A DNA stretch of 64,000 nt, taken from the IMG/VR virus record IMGVR_UViG_3300027749_000038; one strand, given 5' to 3'. A program made the translations under genes and the position numbers. The notes below the pieces were generated by a model that worked only from the letters and a program-made list of their open reading frames with translations, had not been told where the DNA came from and did not search any database. Source of the stretch: a virus. Shown piece by piece: positions 8,556 to 17,729 of this stretch (positions are counted from its first letter, which is position 1; each line of letters opens with the position of its first letter).

Positions 8556-10127
8556 ATGGCTTATACTAATCATTTTTGGAAAAAAATACAGCAACAATCA
8601 AAAAAGTCTACATTATCAGAAATGTATCGAATGGTTGTAGAAAATGAAAACGTGGCTTTATATTCTAAAGACATTGGAGATTCTACAGTTATCCCACCAG
8701 CTCCGGAAGGTATTGATAAAGTAACTGTTGTTTCTAAAGATTATTTGCCTAAAATTAAATCTTTGTCTAAATTTCAAAACACTCAACAAGAAGGTATTGT
8801 GGTTAAAATTTTAAAAGACAAGGCACATATTTCAGCTAAATATCATAATGTTTTAATACCAGTAATTAAAAATGCTGTCGAATTGTCTGGTTACGAACAT
8901 GTCAAAGAGTTGTTTGAATATAGTCTACAATTAGGTGGATTGTTTGATATTTTAAAGGAAAATAATTATAATGTAATTTCAGCTGTTGTTGAATCTTTAA
9001 ACCAATTCTTAAAAAATCAGGAAAAATTAAACATTGTGGATAGTGGTTTGCAACCATTTTTGTTAACTTTATTATCAGATCGTACACAGTTTGCTAGTAC
9101 ACAAACCGGCCCCGGAGAATTATATCTTGTCCTATTTTCTAACGCTACAACTGCAGGGGCTAGTTCTGGTGGACAAAAATCTGGTGACTTAGAAGTAGAT
9201 GGACAAAAAATAGAACTCAAGTCATCAGGTGCTAGAATGGGAGGAGGGTCTAGTACTTTTGTAGGCCAGTCTAACGCAAATATATCCAAATATTTGAAGT
9301 CTAAAAATCGCAATTATGCCGATTCAGATTTTTTTGAAAAGGAAAAAGCTGAATTGTGCGATCGTTTAAGTGATTTGGTAGTACAAAATAAAAATGTTCA
9401 AAATTTTCTTAGTACGTCTAAACAAATGGTAGAGACTGATGAAATACATTCTATGGTCATCAAGGGGTTTGAATCAGGTATATTCAATCCATTGGCAAAG
9501 ATATTGGCTTCTAGTCCGAATGCAACTTGGGAAATGTTGGTAACTGGAACTGGGACTTTGGCAAAAAAAACTGGTAAACCTTTAAATTATTTTATATTAA
9601 ACAAATTGCGAGAAATAAAAAATGAACACATAAACGAACAACCCACAAATATTTTTGATGAAGTACCGACCAAAGACCAAGCCAATTTAGTTTATTTATT
9701 GGCAAATACTTTTAATATTTTAAAAAGACATCCAGAAGTTGCAAATCAGGTAACAAAGGAGGATCTTATTCAAGTTATTTATTATACCAACAGTTATTCA
9801 GAAGAAGAGTGTTCTGGATTTGATTATTCCATAATAAACGATCTGACACATTATTTTTCAAGTTACACAACAGAACAAATACTGAATTTGTCTTCTGGCA
9901 GATTATTAAACTTGATAGGAGCAATGCATTTGGTTTCATATACCCAGGAACAAAAATTTAATAAATTAATGTTTTTAGAAAAGACCACCGGAAAAGTTGC
10001 AATTTTTGATGCACCTATGACAGTAGAAGATGGTTTAAATGTTTGTAAAAGAACAGACATTACCGTAGACCCGCGAGTTGATTCAGATTATGGTGTCTCG
10101 TGCAAATATTACTATAAACCTTCTTGA
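8556..10127 (+). CDS. Hypothetical protein, possible PD-(D/E)xK nuclease domain
   Basis: GPGELYL...SGDLEVDGQKIELKSSG fits D-x8-E-x-K. Confidence 0.45.
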   Translation: MAYTNHFWKKIQQQSKKSTLSEMYRMVVENENVALYSKDIGDSTVIPPAPEGIDKVTVVSKDYLPKIKSLSKFQNTQQEGIVVKILKDKAHISAKYHNVLIPVIKNAVELSGYEHVKELFEYSLQLGGLFDILKENNYNVISAVVESLNQFLKNQEKLNIVDSGLQPFLLTLLSDRTQFASTQTGPGELYLVLFSNATTAGASSGGQKSGDLEVDGQKIELKSSGARMGGGSSTFVGQSNANISKYLKSKNRNYADSDFFEKEKAELCDRLSDLVVQNKNVQNFLSTSKQMVETDEIHSMVIKGFESGIFNPLAKILASSPNATWEMLVTGTGTLAKKTGKPLNYFILNKLREIKNEHINEQPTNIFDEVPTKDQANLVYLLANTFNILKRHPEVANQVTKEDLIQVIYYTNSYSEEECSGFDYSIINDLTHYFSSYTTEQILNLSSGRLLNLIGAMHLVSYTQEQKFNKLMFLEKTTGKVAIFDAPMTVEDGLNVCKRTDITVDPRVDSDYGVSCKYYYKPS

Positions 10128-10158
10128 ACAATAATAAACAATAATATAACATAAGCAT

Positions 10159-10677
10159 ATGGCTTATGTTGCAATGACCAATTATCAAGGACAGATCTTC
10201 AAGGATATGTCCATTTCAGCACCAGTGGGTGCTCACATATTTGACAATGAAACCCAAGAACGCATCATTCTTAGAGAAAAGACACACTTCCAAACTACCG
10301 GTAACAATCGCCTGGGCATTGGGAGGTATCGCATTAATATGTATAATGTTGTTACAGGACAAAAAGTCTACTGCAACAACTACATGATGGATGATAATGA
10401 TAAAGAAGGACATGCGGTATGGACACTAGAAGAACAACCATATACTCCGGAAATGATCTATGAAAAATATGGTTGGAAGATCGGAGAAGATCATCGCCGA
10501 ATAAAGAAATACAAATTGACTGGCCGCAAGCGAACCTTGAAACTTGCTAAGGAACTACGGGAACTCGGAAGAGAAGCGGACGCTATTAGGATTATTAAAG
10601 AGATGGAAACCACCGTTGCCTCGGGAAAAAGATATATTATTCATCGTAAAGATCTTGATCTTCCCCCCATTTCTTAA
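10159..10677 (+). CDS. Hypothetical protein
   Basis: 172-aa ORF; no motif recognised. Confidence 0.6.
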   Translation: MAYVAMTNYQGQIFKDMSISAPVGAHIFDNETQERIILREKTHFQTTGNNRLGIGRYRINMYNVVTGQKVYCNNYMMDDNDKEGHAVWTLEEQPYTPEMIYEKYGWKIGEDHRRIKKYKLTGRKRTLKLAKELRELGREADAIRIIKEMETTVASGKRYIIHRKDLDLPPIS

Positions 10678-10683
10678 TACTAT
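10655..10683 (+). promoter_or_regulatory. Sigma70-like promoter
   Basis: TTGATC (10655-10660), N17, TACTAT (10678-10683), before ATG 10692. Confidence 0.6.
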
Positions 10684-10691
10684 AGTTCCAT

Positions 10692-10949
10692 ATGAATTGC
10701 TTAACTTGTCAATCTTCTATTGAATTTGAACGTTTAGAAATTTTGCCAGACACTAAAGTATGTAGTTGCTGCGCTCGAGCTGGTAATGGGCAGAAATCCA
10801 AACCTCGTGGAGTGATGGTGTATACAGAAAAAACAAACGGTTTCATAGAAATCCACAGCAGTGATTCTTGGGAAAGAAATAAAAAATATTATGTTTCCCA
10901 GGGAGCTCGAAGTGCTGTTAAAAATTTTTCTAAGAATGTTTGTCGTTAG
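10692..10949 (+). CDS. DksA/TraR-type C4 zinc-finger protein
   Basis: CLTCQSSIEFERLEILPDTKVCSCC matches CxxC-I-x2-RL-x2-P-x4-CxxC. Confidence 0.7.
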   Translation: MNCLTCQSSIEFERLEILPDTKVCSCCARAGNGQKSKPRGVMVYTEKTNGFIEIHSSDSWERNKKYYVSQGARSAVKNFSKNVCR

Positions 10950-10954
10950 AAAAA

Positions 10955-11701
10955 TTATTTTTTAAAATTATACATTTTAATCCATTTTTGTATTAGAGAT
11001 TTTCCAACATTAAACATTAAAGCCATTTCTTTTCGTGTGTAAAGAGTAAAAGCTTTGTACAAAACATCTTTGGGTGGGATGGGTTTTGTTATACCAATTA
11101 TCTTTTTAGGGCTTAATTTACACTCCCGGAGCCATTCATATACTTTGCTTTTGCTAACTTGAAAATAGTTCATTATACCTTCTACACCTTCAGATTGAAA
11201 TAATTCTTTTACTTTAGATTTGTCACATCGATATTTGTATTTAGAATTTTTATTATTAATTTTTCCCAAATTTATGGAATATATTTTAAACCATTTACAT
11301 ACAGTCATATCAGATACTTTATAAAGAATTCCTATTTTTTTGTAAGACATGTTTTTGTTATAATATAAATTTAGCAGATCATCCTTGGGTGGCATCTTTT
11401 TGGTGATAGTACTTTTGATAAATGCATATTGCCATGAATTTAGTTGTTTTAAATTACCATAAGCCATTGCACTCAAACCCTTAACTATCCTGATGTTAGT
11501 GGGATGAATTTTATACAATAACAAATGGGCAAAAAAATGTTCTCTGGGAGTTAAATATACCAAATTTGAAGGATCATCTGATCCTCCTAAACCTCTAGGA
11601 CGAATGTGATGGCATTCAATATACCCGTCTCTCTCAAGAACTTTTCTAGAATTTATAAATTTCTTATACAATTGTTTATAGTAGTTTTGATTTTTAATCA
11701 T
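10955..11701 (-). mobile_element. Free-standing HNH homing endonuclease with C-terminal HTH repeats
   Basis: ECHHIRPRGLGGSDDPSNLVYLTPREHFFAHLLL; repeated VSDMTVCKWF / VSKSKVYEWL / VGKSLIQKWI helices. Start moved to 11701 because a minus-strand TATAAATA lies at 11707-11714. Confidence 0.88.
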
Positions 11702-11703
11702 AA

Positions 11704-11853
11704 ATATATTTATACTCAAACACCGTCTCTCTTTGGTCTATTCAAATTATCTCCGAAGATGCTCATAAAGAATGGAAAAAGTATAATCCGTATGGCCGTT
11801 ATACAGGCCGTGGTTCTGGCGTGCATCGCATGATGACTAGTACTTCACGATAA
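11704..11853 (+). pseudogene. Start-less displaced 3' half of a paralogue or allele of the 10692 Zn-finger gene
   Basis: Frame reads IQIISEDAHKEWKKY...GRGSGVHRMMTSTSR*, aligning with IEIHSSDSWERNKKY...GARSAVKNFSKNVCR*. Confidence 0.6.
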
Positions 11854-11928
11854 CTTCAGTCGGCATGCTAACGTCTTTTGGGTTAGCATTCCTAGTAGAG
11901 TTAGAATCCTCTTTGTGTAAGTAATTAC

Positions 11929-12513
11929 ATGAAGAGGATTTTTTTGTTGACGGCATTTGTATTAATGTCGTGTGCTCCTACTCGTTATATTCCCAAAGAC
12001 TCCGAACCATTATCTAGAGCTGTATATGCTACAAGTGATTCTATAGACAAGGGGCGTATAGATTTAGCCGATCAATATTCTAAAACTGTAATAACTTTAG
12101 TGGTGCCTCCCAAAGAAAGGATAGAAATACAAGCTCTTGTATCTAAATCAAAATCAAATCCAGTTGAAAAATCTAAAAATATTTTAGTTATTCCCAAACA
12201 CTTACAGGGAATGGAAGTAATAGTGGTTGATTCAATTGAATATCAAAAACTTTTAGAGATAAAAGAAAATGTGGTTCAAATACAAAAAGAGGTAATTGAT
12301 TTAAAAAATCAGAAAAAAGAAGTGGAAGATCAGTTAAGAGACCAAACTGAAGCCAAATCTCAATTATTGAAGGATTATGATAATTTAGTTTTAGAATTAA
12401 AAGACAAACAATTAACTCTGTTAAAAAGAAATATAACTATAGCGGGATTATTTCTTTTAATAGGTCTTTATATTTTCTTTAAAGTAAAAAAAATACTTCC
12501 TATATCGCTTTAA
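11929..12513 (+). CDS. Lipoprotein with coiled coil and C-terminal TM helix (unimolecular spanin candidate)
   Basis: MKRIFLLTAFVLMSC signal/lipobox; heptad-rich middle; ITIAGLFLLIGLYIFF-KVKK at the C-terminus; adjacent to holin and endolysin. Confidence 0.6.
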   Translation: MKRIFLLTAFVLMSCAPTRYIPKDSEPLSRAVYATSDSIDKGRIDLADQYSKTVITLVVPPKERIEIQALVSKSKSNPVEKSKNILVIPKHLQGMEVIVVDSIEYQKLLEIKENVVQIQKEVIDLKNQKKEVEDQLRDQTEAKSQLLKDYDNLVLELKDKQLTLLKRNITIAGLFLLIGLYIFFKVKKILPISL

Positions 12514-12516
12514 ATT

Positions 12517-12645
12517 ATGTATCATTTTTTATCAGACTTTGTTTTGTATATTTTAGATGTATTGTGTGACCTTGAACAATATCATCCGAGAAAATGTTAT
12601 TTTGTATTAGGGGTATTAACTGCCCTAATTATAAAATATGGATAA
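12517..12645 (+). CDS. Small hydrophobic protein (42 aa), not in the ORF track
   Basis: MYHFLSDFVLYILDVLCDLEQYHPRKCYFVLGVLTALIIKYG*, fills the gap and overlaps the next start. Confidence 0.4.
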   Translation: MYHFLSDFVLYILDVLCDLEQYHPRKCYFVLGVLTALIIKYG

Positions 12646-12982
12646 AAAGAGAGATCTTCACAGCAAAGAAAAATTCATGGAAGGCAATAGACAACGGTGG
12701 TTAGTTGTTTTTATGGCCTGCATGTTTATCGTTTTAATTTTAGATGCCACCGGACATGTACAAAAAGTAGATAGTTATCTGACATTTCTAACCTTTTTAA
12801 GTGGAGCATTCATCTTGGGTTACTCTGGAACAGAAACCATGAAGCTATTTTCGGTTAGTTCCACATCTCAAAATGTTTCCCAAAACATTAAACAAGAATC
12901 TAAATCAGAATCTACTCAAACTATTCATACAATAGAAGAGAAGTTGACCCACAATGTAAAGGAGGATGATTATAAGGTATGA
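12638..12982 (+). CDS. Putative holin (2 TM)
   Basis: Two hydrophobic helices, charged C-terminal tail, overlaps the endolysin start by 4 nt. Confidence 0.55.
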   Translation: MDKKRDLHSKEKFMEGNRQRWLVVFMACMFIVLILDATGHVQKVDSYLTFLTFLSGAFILGYSGTETMKLFSVSSTSQNVSQNIKQESKSESTQTIHTIEEKLTHNVKEDDYKV

Positions 12983-13590
12983 ATGCTCCATCCAAAAACA
13001 CTTTAGACTTGTTACTAGAATATGAGGTTGGTGGAGGCCAATCTTATTACAATAAAAAACTTTCTAGATTTACTTGGCCGGGTGGAGCCAGTGGACCTAC
13101 TATAGGAATTGGTATAGATACTGCTTATTATACTTCAAAAGAGTTAGAAGAATTATTTAATTTTTTACCACAAGATCAAATTGAATTAATCCAAAAAGCC
13201 CCGGGAAAGACTGGAGCTCGAGGTAAAGAGTATACTTTAATTTTAAGAAAAGCAAACATAGTGGTTACCTGGGATCATGCAATGGAAATTTTTAATAAAT
13301 TAACTTGGACTAAATTTTCGAAAGCTGCTGAAAAAACTTTTCCCGGATTGTCAGATCTTCATGAAGATGTTTATGGGGCTATTGTATCTTTGGTTTTTAA
13401 TAGAGGCACTAGTTTAGCTGGAGATACTCGCCGAGAAATGAGAGTCATTAAAATGTTAGTTCCAACAAAAAATTATGATAGAATATCTCAAGAGTTTAGA
13501 TCCATGAAACGCATATGGGAAGGTAAGGGGTTAGACGGTTTATTGCGCCGGAGAGATGCTGAAGCAGATTTGATTGAGAGTTGTGCTTAA
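12979..13590 (+). CDS. Endolysin, pesticin/T4-lysozyme-like muramidase
   Basis: LLEYEVG, PGGASGPTIGIGID, LVFNRG and GLLRRRDAEADL motifs. Confidence 0.8.
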   Translation: MNAPSKNTLDLLLEYEVGGGQSYYNKKLSRFTWPGGASGPTIGIGIDTAYYTSKELEELFNFLPQDQIELIQKAPGKTGARGKEYTLILRKANIVVTWDHAMEIFNKLTWTKFSKAAEKTFPGLSDLHEDVYGAIVSLVFNRGTSLAGDTRREMRVIKMLVPTKNYDRISQEFRSMKRIWEGKGLDGLLRRRDAEADLIESCA

Positions 13591-13793
13591 TCTTTATGTT
13601 TGGTGTAACAAAGGAAAGAGATCTTTTTTTTCAAAATTTATCCAATAACGTTTTTTCTTTAATGTCTGATATAGTTTCAGATGAAGATAAACGAGTTGGA
13701 TATGAAGAACCTGTAAAAAAAAGTTTAGTGACATCTTTGTCAGTAGAAGATGCTATAAAAGAGTTGATAGAACTTGAAAAGAAATTAAAATAA
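13581..13793 (+). CDS. Hypothetical protein
   Basis: Short ORF in operon continuity; start uncertain. Confidence 0.45.
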   Translation: MCLIFMFGVTKERDLFFQNLSNNVFSLMSDIVSDEDKRVGYEEPVKKSLVTSLSVEDAIKELIELEKKLK

Positions 13794-13796
13794 GAT

Positions 13797-14123
13797 ATGG
13801 ATATAACTGAACATGTCTTATTTAAAATTATAGAAAAATACACAGAATATTTTTTGAAAAATTTTGGAGCAACTTCTTCAATTATCTATGACAGAACAAA
13901 GGGATCTTATTATGTATCAGAACATTTTTTAGAAGTTGAAGTCTTTTGGGGAGATAGTGGCTATCTTACAAAACAACCAGATACTATTTTTAAATTAGCA
14001 AATGAATGCACTTCTATGATCGCTGATATTCAAGAAGCTGGTGGATATATGGTAGAGCCTCTTTTTGAAAATCGGAAAGGAAAACCACTTATGGCTACTG
14101 CCATTTTTTTCCATCAGATGTAG
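13797..14123 (+). CDS. Hypothetical protein
   Basis: 108-aa ORF in operon continuity. Confidence 0.55.
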   Translation: MDITEHVLFKIIEKYTEYFLKNFGATSSIIYDRTKGSYYVSEHFLEVEVFWGDSGYLTKQPDTIFKLANECTSMIADIQEAGGYMVEPLFENRKGKPLMATAIFFHQM

Positions 14124-16772
14124 TTATACCTTAAAAAATTCTTTAAAAGATATAACACCTTCAGTCAACGGTAATCCCATTCCTTCTTTAGTTGCTTGAT
14201 ATAATGTTTTGCCGTCTACAGTTATATTATTAGAAACTCCTGTGGCTTGTTGAAATCCTTGTTCATTATTTTCTGAAGCCATTTTACGTGCTAAAGAACC
14301 GGAGATACCACTTATACCTTCTGTGGCATCTGGATCTCGATCTCCGCTGCTTACAAAAGTCAAAGCAACTTGTTCACGACCTTTCGGATCTGTATTAAAG
14401 TCTTTAGAACGGACTGGTCCACTATTCCAAGAAATTAATATTTTTTCAAGACTTCCTGGATTATCACCCAAGCGATCTGAACCAGCCACAAAGATCATAT
14501 TTCGAAATCCTTTTCTATACAAATAATTTGCAGCATAAATGGGATTCAAAACTTTTTCATCCACCATATAAGAGGCATACTCGGGATATATTTTCTTAAC
14601 AAATTCAGCTTTTGTTTCTGGATTCAATGGATCTTTTTTAGAATTTTGAGTATTACTTAAAAATATAAAAGAATTATTTCCACCTTCTTGAATAGTTTTC
14701 TTCATCAATGCACTGTGGCCTAATGTGGGCGGATTCATTCTTCCGAAACAAAATGCTGCTGGAGTCATTTGTCTCTTGGCTACTAACTCATCTTCATTGT
14801 TGGCGTTCTTTGCAAAGTTGGCTCTGCTGAAACCGAGGCGATCAATTAACTTTAATTTATCTTTACCAGCTCCAAAAACATATCCTTCATGTGAGTCTTC
14901 TTCACCGATGCGAGCTTGAATAGGAAGACCAAATTGCTGCAAATCTATTTGCCTCTTAATATTAATTTTAAGATCTGTAAGAGCTGCCCAAATAGACCAC
15001 ACCCCTAGAAGTCCTGCCGCTCCTTCTTTATACAGCCAACCATCTTTATTGGTTCCTAATAATTTTAAAGAAGCTCCTTCTGATAATTTGGTTTTAAGAA
15101 ATGTTAAAAATCTAGGGACTATATTTTCAGCTAAGTTGTTTTCACTTAACATAAACGTAATAAATGGTCCCATGGCTGAGATAACACTTTTAGCTTTCAT
15201 TTCTGCTATCTCTTCCAGGAATCTCTCTACTGTCGCCTTGTGTTGTTGTATAACTCCTTTAGTGTAGTTTAATATATTTTCTGATAAGGCTATTTTAGGT
15301 TTTTCTTCAATCTCTCCAACTAAAAATGTTATTCCTTCATCTTGTTTTAAACCTTGTAAACCTCTTAGAGGTCTGTCTTCTGCACCCATTCCAGGCACAA
15401 AAGTGTGTACGGCTATACCACCTACACTTCGGGAAATACGATGACCTATAGTAGAATCTATTTTAACTCTGTATTTTACAGTATTAGGTTCAAAGGAATA
15501 ATACCCACTTTCTGTTTTAGGCATTCCAGACCACATTAAATCTCCGAAAAAATACTCATCTTCTTTTTGAGGTACACATCTTTTTAGAGACGGTACCATA
15601 ACTGTAGCAGCTTCCCAAAGACTTTGTCTAGTGGCTCCTCTTGATTTATCATATTCTTCTATGGTAGTAAATTCTAATTTACCTTTAACCATCTTATCAA
15701 ACATGTGTTTATCTACAAACAAAAACTGGCCTTCTGGATTAGTTTTTGTTGGTTTTTGCTTCCAACCAAAAATAACAGCTGGAAAACCATCCCACTTAAT
15801 AGTAACTGTATCACTATTCTTAACTAAAGAAGCCAATTCTTTAAATGTCTTTTCAGCTCCAGCAACACCTCCTTTGATAATACTATCTTCCGGATGCTCG
15901 ATGCCTTCCAACAATACTTTTGAAGCCGCGAAATAACTTTCTTGTGGATTGGGATAAAATTCTTTAATAGCATTCCATTTTTCTGGTTGGTTTATTAATT
16001 TATTTTTAATACCGGAGAGACTTGCTAAGTCTCTAGCGGTTGCATCTAAACCTAATAGAATCTGGGCAATTTTGTTTTTATCATCTGCTACTACTTGATT
16101 AGTATCTCGGTCCACTAAACCTCTATCTGGACTAAATTGTAAATTACCCTTTTCTTCTTTGGTTTTAGGGTCTATAAAAATAGTTTTACTGGCTAGTTTT
16201 GCTAAAAGTGGATAAATCTTCAACCAAAGATCTCCTCCCCTCATAGCAGAATCTTTAGTAAAATCATGTGTATGTATTTCCCAAGCTGATTTAGGTCTCA
16301 AGATTAAATCTACTGAATGGCTTCTGTCATTGACTGTATACTGCAAAGTCAAAGTACCAGGGGCGGTTTTATAACCATTTTCAGACATGTATTTTGCCAA
16401 CTCCCATTTACTGGCCTTTAAACGTAATTCATTTTCGTCTCCTGGAGGTTTTTTGTATTTAGGCCCAGCTTGTTGTTTGAGCTCGCCTAAATATTCGTTA
16501 ATATCTTTTGGAAACTTTTGAACCAATTCTATAGGATCTATTAAAATATCAATATCCCCTGAGTCTTCTCTGCCTCCTCCACCATATGGATGTTCGGGGT
16601 CAAAACTACCAGCACCTCCAGCAGACCAATAAGAATGTAAACCTGCTTTTTGAAGAATGGGTTGCAGAATTGATTTAGCTGTTAAAAAGTCTTGTTTATT
16701 TACACGAGACAATTCTATGCCTTGTTTTGCTAAAATTTTGCCAGCCTCGGTAAAAAATTCTTTAAAATTCAT
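14124..16772 (-). CDS. Three-domain fusion: Pol-beta-type nucleotidyltransferase + KxDG ligase-like (DUF6267-like) + HIGH-superfamily cytidyl/adenylyltransferase
   Basis: GGAGS...SGDIDILID; EHPED...TIKWDGFPAVIFG; FCFGRMNPPTLGH and VAGSDR. Confidence 0.7.
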   Translation of the reverse strand: MNFKEFFTEAGKILAKQGIELSRVNKQDFLTAKSILQPILQKAGLHSYWSAGGAGSFDPEHPYGGGGREDSGDIDILIDPIELVQKFPKDINEYLGELKQQAGPKYKKPPGDENELRLKASKWELAKYMSENGYKTAPGTLTLQYTVNDRSHSVDLILRPKSAWEIHTHDFTKDSAMRGGDLWLKIYPLLAKLASKTIFIDPKTKEEKGNLQFSPDRGLVDRDTNQVVADDKNKIAQILLGLDATARDLASLSGIKNKLINQPEKWNAIKEFYPNPQESYFAASKVLLEGIEHPEDSIIKGGVAGAEKTFKELASLVKNSDTVTIKWDGFPAVIFGWKQKPTKTNPEGQFLFVDKHMFDKMVKGKLEFTTIEEYDKSRGATRQSLWEAATVMVPSLKRCVPQKEDEYFFGDLMWSGMPKTESGYYSFEPNTVKYRVKIDSTIGHRISRSVGGIAVHTFVPGMGAEDRPLRGLQGLKQDEGITFLVGEIEEKPKIALSENILNYTKGVIQQHKATVERFLEEIAEMKAKSVISAMGPFITFMLSENNLAENIVPRFLTFLKTKLSEGASLKLLGTNKDGWLYKEGAAGLLGVWSIWAALTDLKINIKRQIDLQQFGLPIQARIGEEDSHEGYVFGAGKDKLKLIDRLGFSRANFAKNANNEDELVAKRQMTPAAFCFGRMNPPTLGHSALMKKTIQEGGNNSFIFLSNTQNSKKDPLNPETKAEFVKKIYPEYASYMVDEKVLNPIYAANYLYRKGFRNMIFVAGSDRLGDNPGSLEKILISWNSGPVRSKDFNTDPKGREQVALTFVSSGDRDPDATEGISGISGSLARKMASENNEQGFQQATGVSNNITVDGKTLYQATKEGMGLPLTEGVISFKEFFKV

Positions 16773-16832
16773 ACTATAAGAATGTATCTATTTAGTCTAT
16801 TTTACTATAAATATAGTATAGAAATAAAAACT

Positions 16833-17015
16833 ATGCCATACAAAATAAGAAAAAAGGGAAAGGGTTATAAGGTTTGCAAAACTTCTGGAAAATGTTATAG
16901 TAAAAAACCACTTTCTAAAAAAATGGCTCAAAAACAAAGAGCTGCCATAGCTATTAACACTTATGAGAAATTTAATTATTTCTCCAATTTAATTGAATCA
17001 GTTTTAAATGAATAA
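16833..17015 (+). CDS. Small basic protein
   Basis: MPYKIRKKGKGYKVCK...; TATAAATA at 16806-16813 supports ATG 16833. Confidence 0.6.
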   Translation: MPYKIRKKGKGYKVCKTSGKCYSKKPLSKKMAQKQRAAIAINTYEKFNYFSNLIESVLNE

Positions 17016-17172
17016 CTATCCTCAAGGAGTTGTCTGTATAAAAGACCATCCAACACTAAAATTCGGTCAAATTGTTTTAGTGATAGAAGTTACTGCAGAT
17101 TTGTATAAAGTCAAAGCAGATAAAAAATCAGCTCCTACTATAATAAGCAAAAAAGATTTAAGAATGCAATAG
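17008..17172 (+). CDS. Small hypothetical protein (54 aa), not in the ORF track
   Basis: MNNYPQGVVCIKDHPTLKFGQIVLVIEVTADLYKVKADKKSAPTIISKKDLRMQ*; overlaps the upstream stop; SH3-like beta pattern. Confidence 0.5.
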   Translation: MNNYPQGVVCIKDHPTLKFGQIVLVIEVTADLYKVKADKKSAPTIISKKDLRMQ

Positions 17173-17202
17173 ATTTTTAATAATCTTAATCCATAATAAA
17201 GA

Positions 17203-17721
17203 ATGGATAAAAATGTTAAAACTCTTATCAATCAAACAGACATCCGTAATGTTATTAAGGGTTTGGGTACTACTATTTCTTATGATTACAGAAACAAAGA
17301 TCTGAATGTCGTTTGTTTATTAGAAGGCAGTTTGGTTTTTACAGCCAATCTTTTATTGCAAATTAAGATTCCAGTCAATCTTTATTCTATTAAAGTTACT
17401 AGTTATGAAGGTAAAACCAGCACCGGAAAACTTAGTTACAATGTAAAAGACCTCGATTTTTGTAAAGATAAGGACATTCTACTCATAGACGATATTTTAG
17501 ATTCGGGATTAACATTGTCTACAGTGGTTTCTGAAATGGAACAAGCTGGAGCACACTCCGTTAGAACCTGTGTACTTCTCAATAAACAAGTAAATAGATC
17601 TGTTAATATTGTTCCAGATTATAAAGCCTTTGATATTGATAATGAATTTGTGATAGGATATGGCATGGATTATAATGGATTATATCGTAATTTGCCTTAT
17701 ATTGGAGTGTTGAAAGGATAA
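17203..17721 (+). CDS. hpt: Hypoxanthine-guanine phosphoribosyltransferase
   Basis: VVCLLEGS, LLIDDILDSGLTL (PRPP loop), FVIGYGMDYNGLYRNLPYIG. Confidence 0.92.
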   Translation: MDKNVKTLINQTDIRNVIKGLGTTISYDYRNKDLNVVCLLEGSLVFTANLLLQIKIPVNLYSIKVTSYEGKTSTGKLSYNVKDLDFCKDKDILLIDDILDSGLTLSTVVSEMEQAGAHSVRTCVLLNKQVNRSVNIVPDYKAFDIDNEFVIGYGMDYNGLYRNLPYIGVLKG

Positions 17722-17729
17722 ATAAAATT

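Noticed and set aside
11606-11833. ORF 11606..11833 (+) from the track
   Set aside because: Overlaps the HNH gene antisense; the meaningful signal is in another frame (11704-11853).
11865-11889. 8-bp hairpin atgctaac / gttagcat as a possible ncRNA
   Set aside because: Short, with no U-tract or further structure; at most a weak terminator after the displaced fragment.
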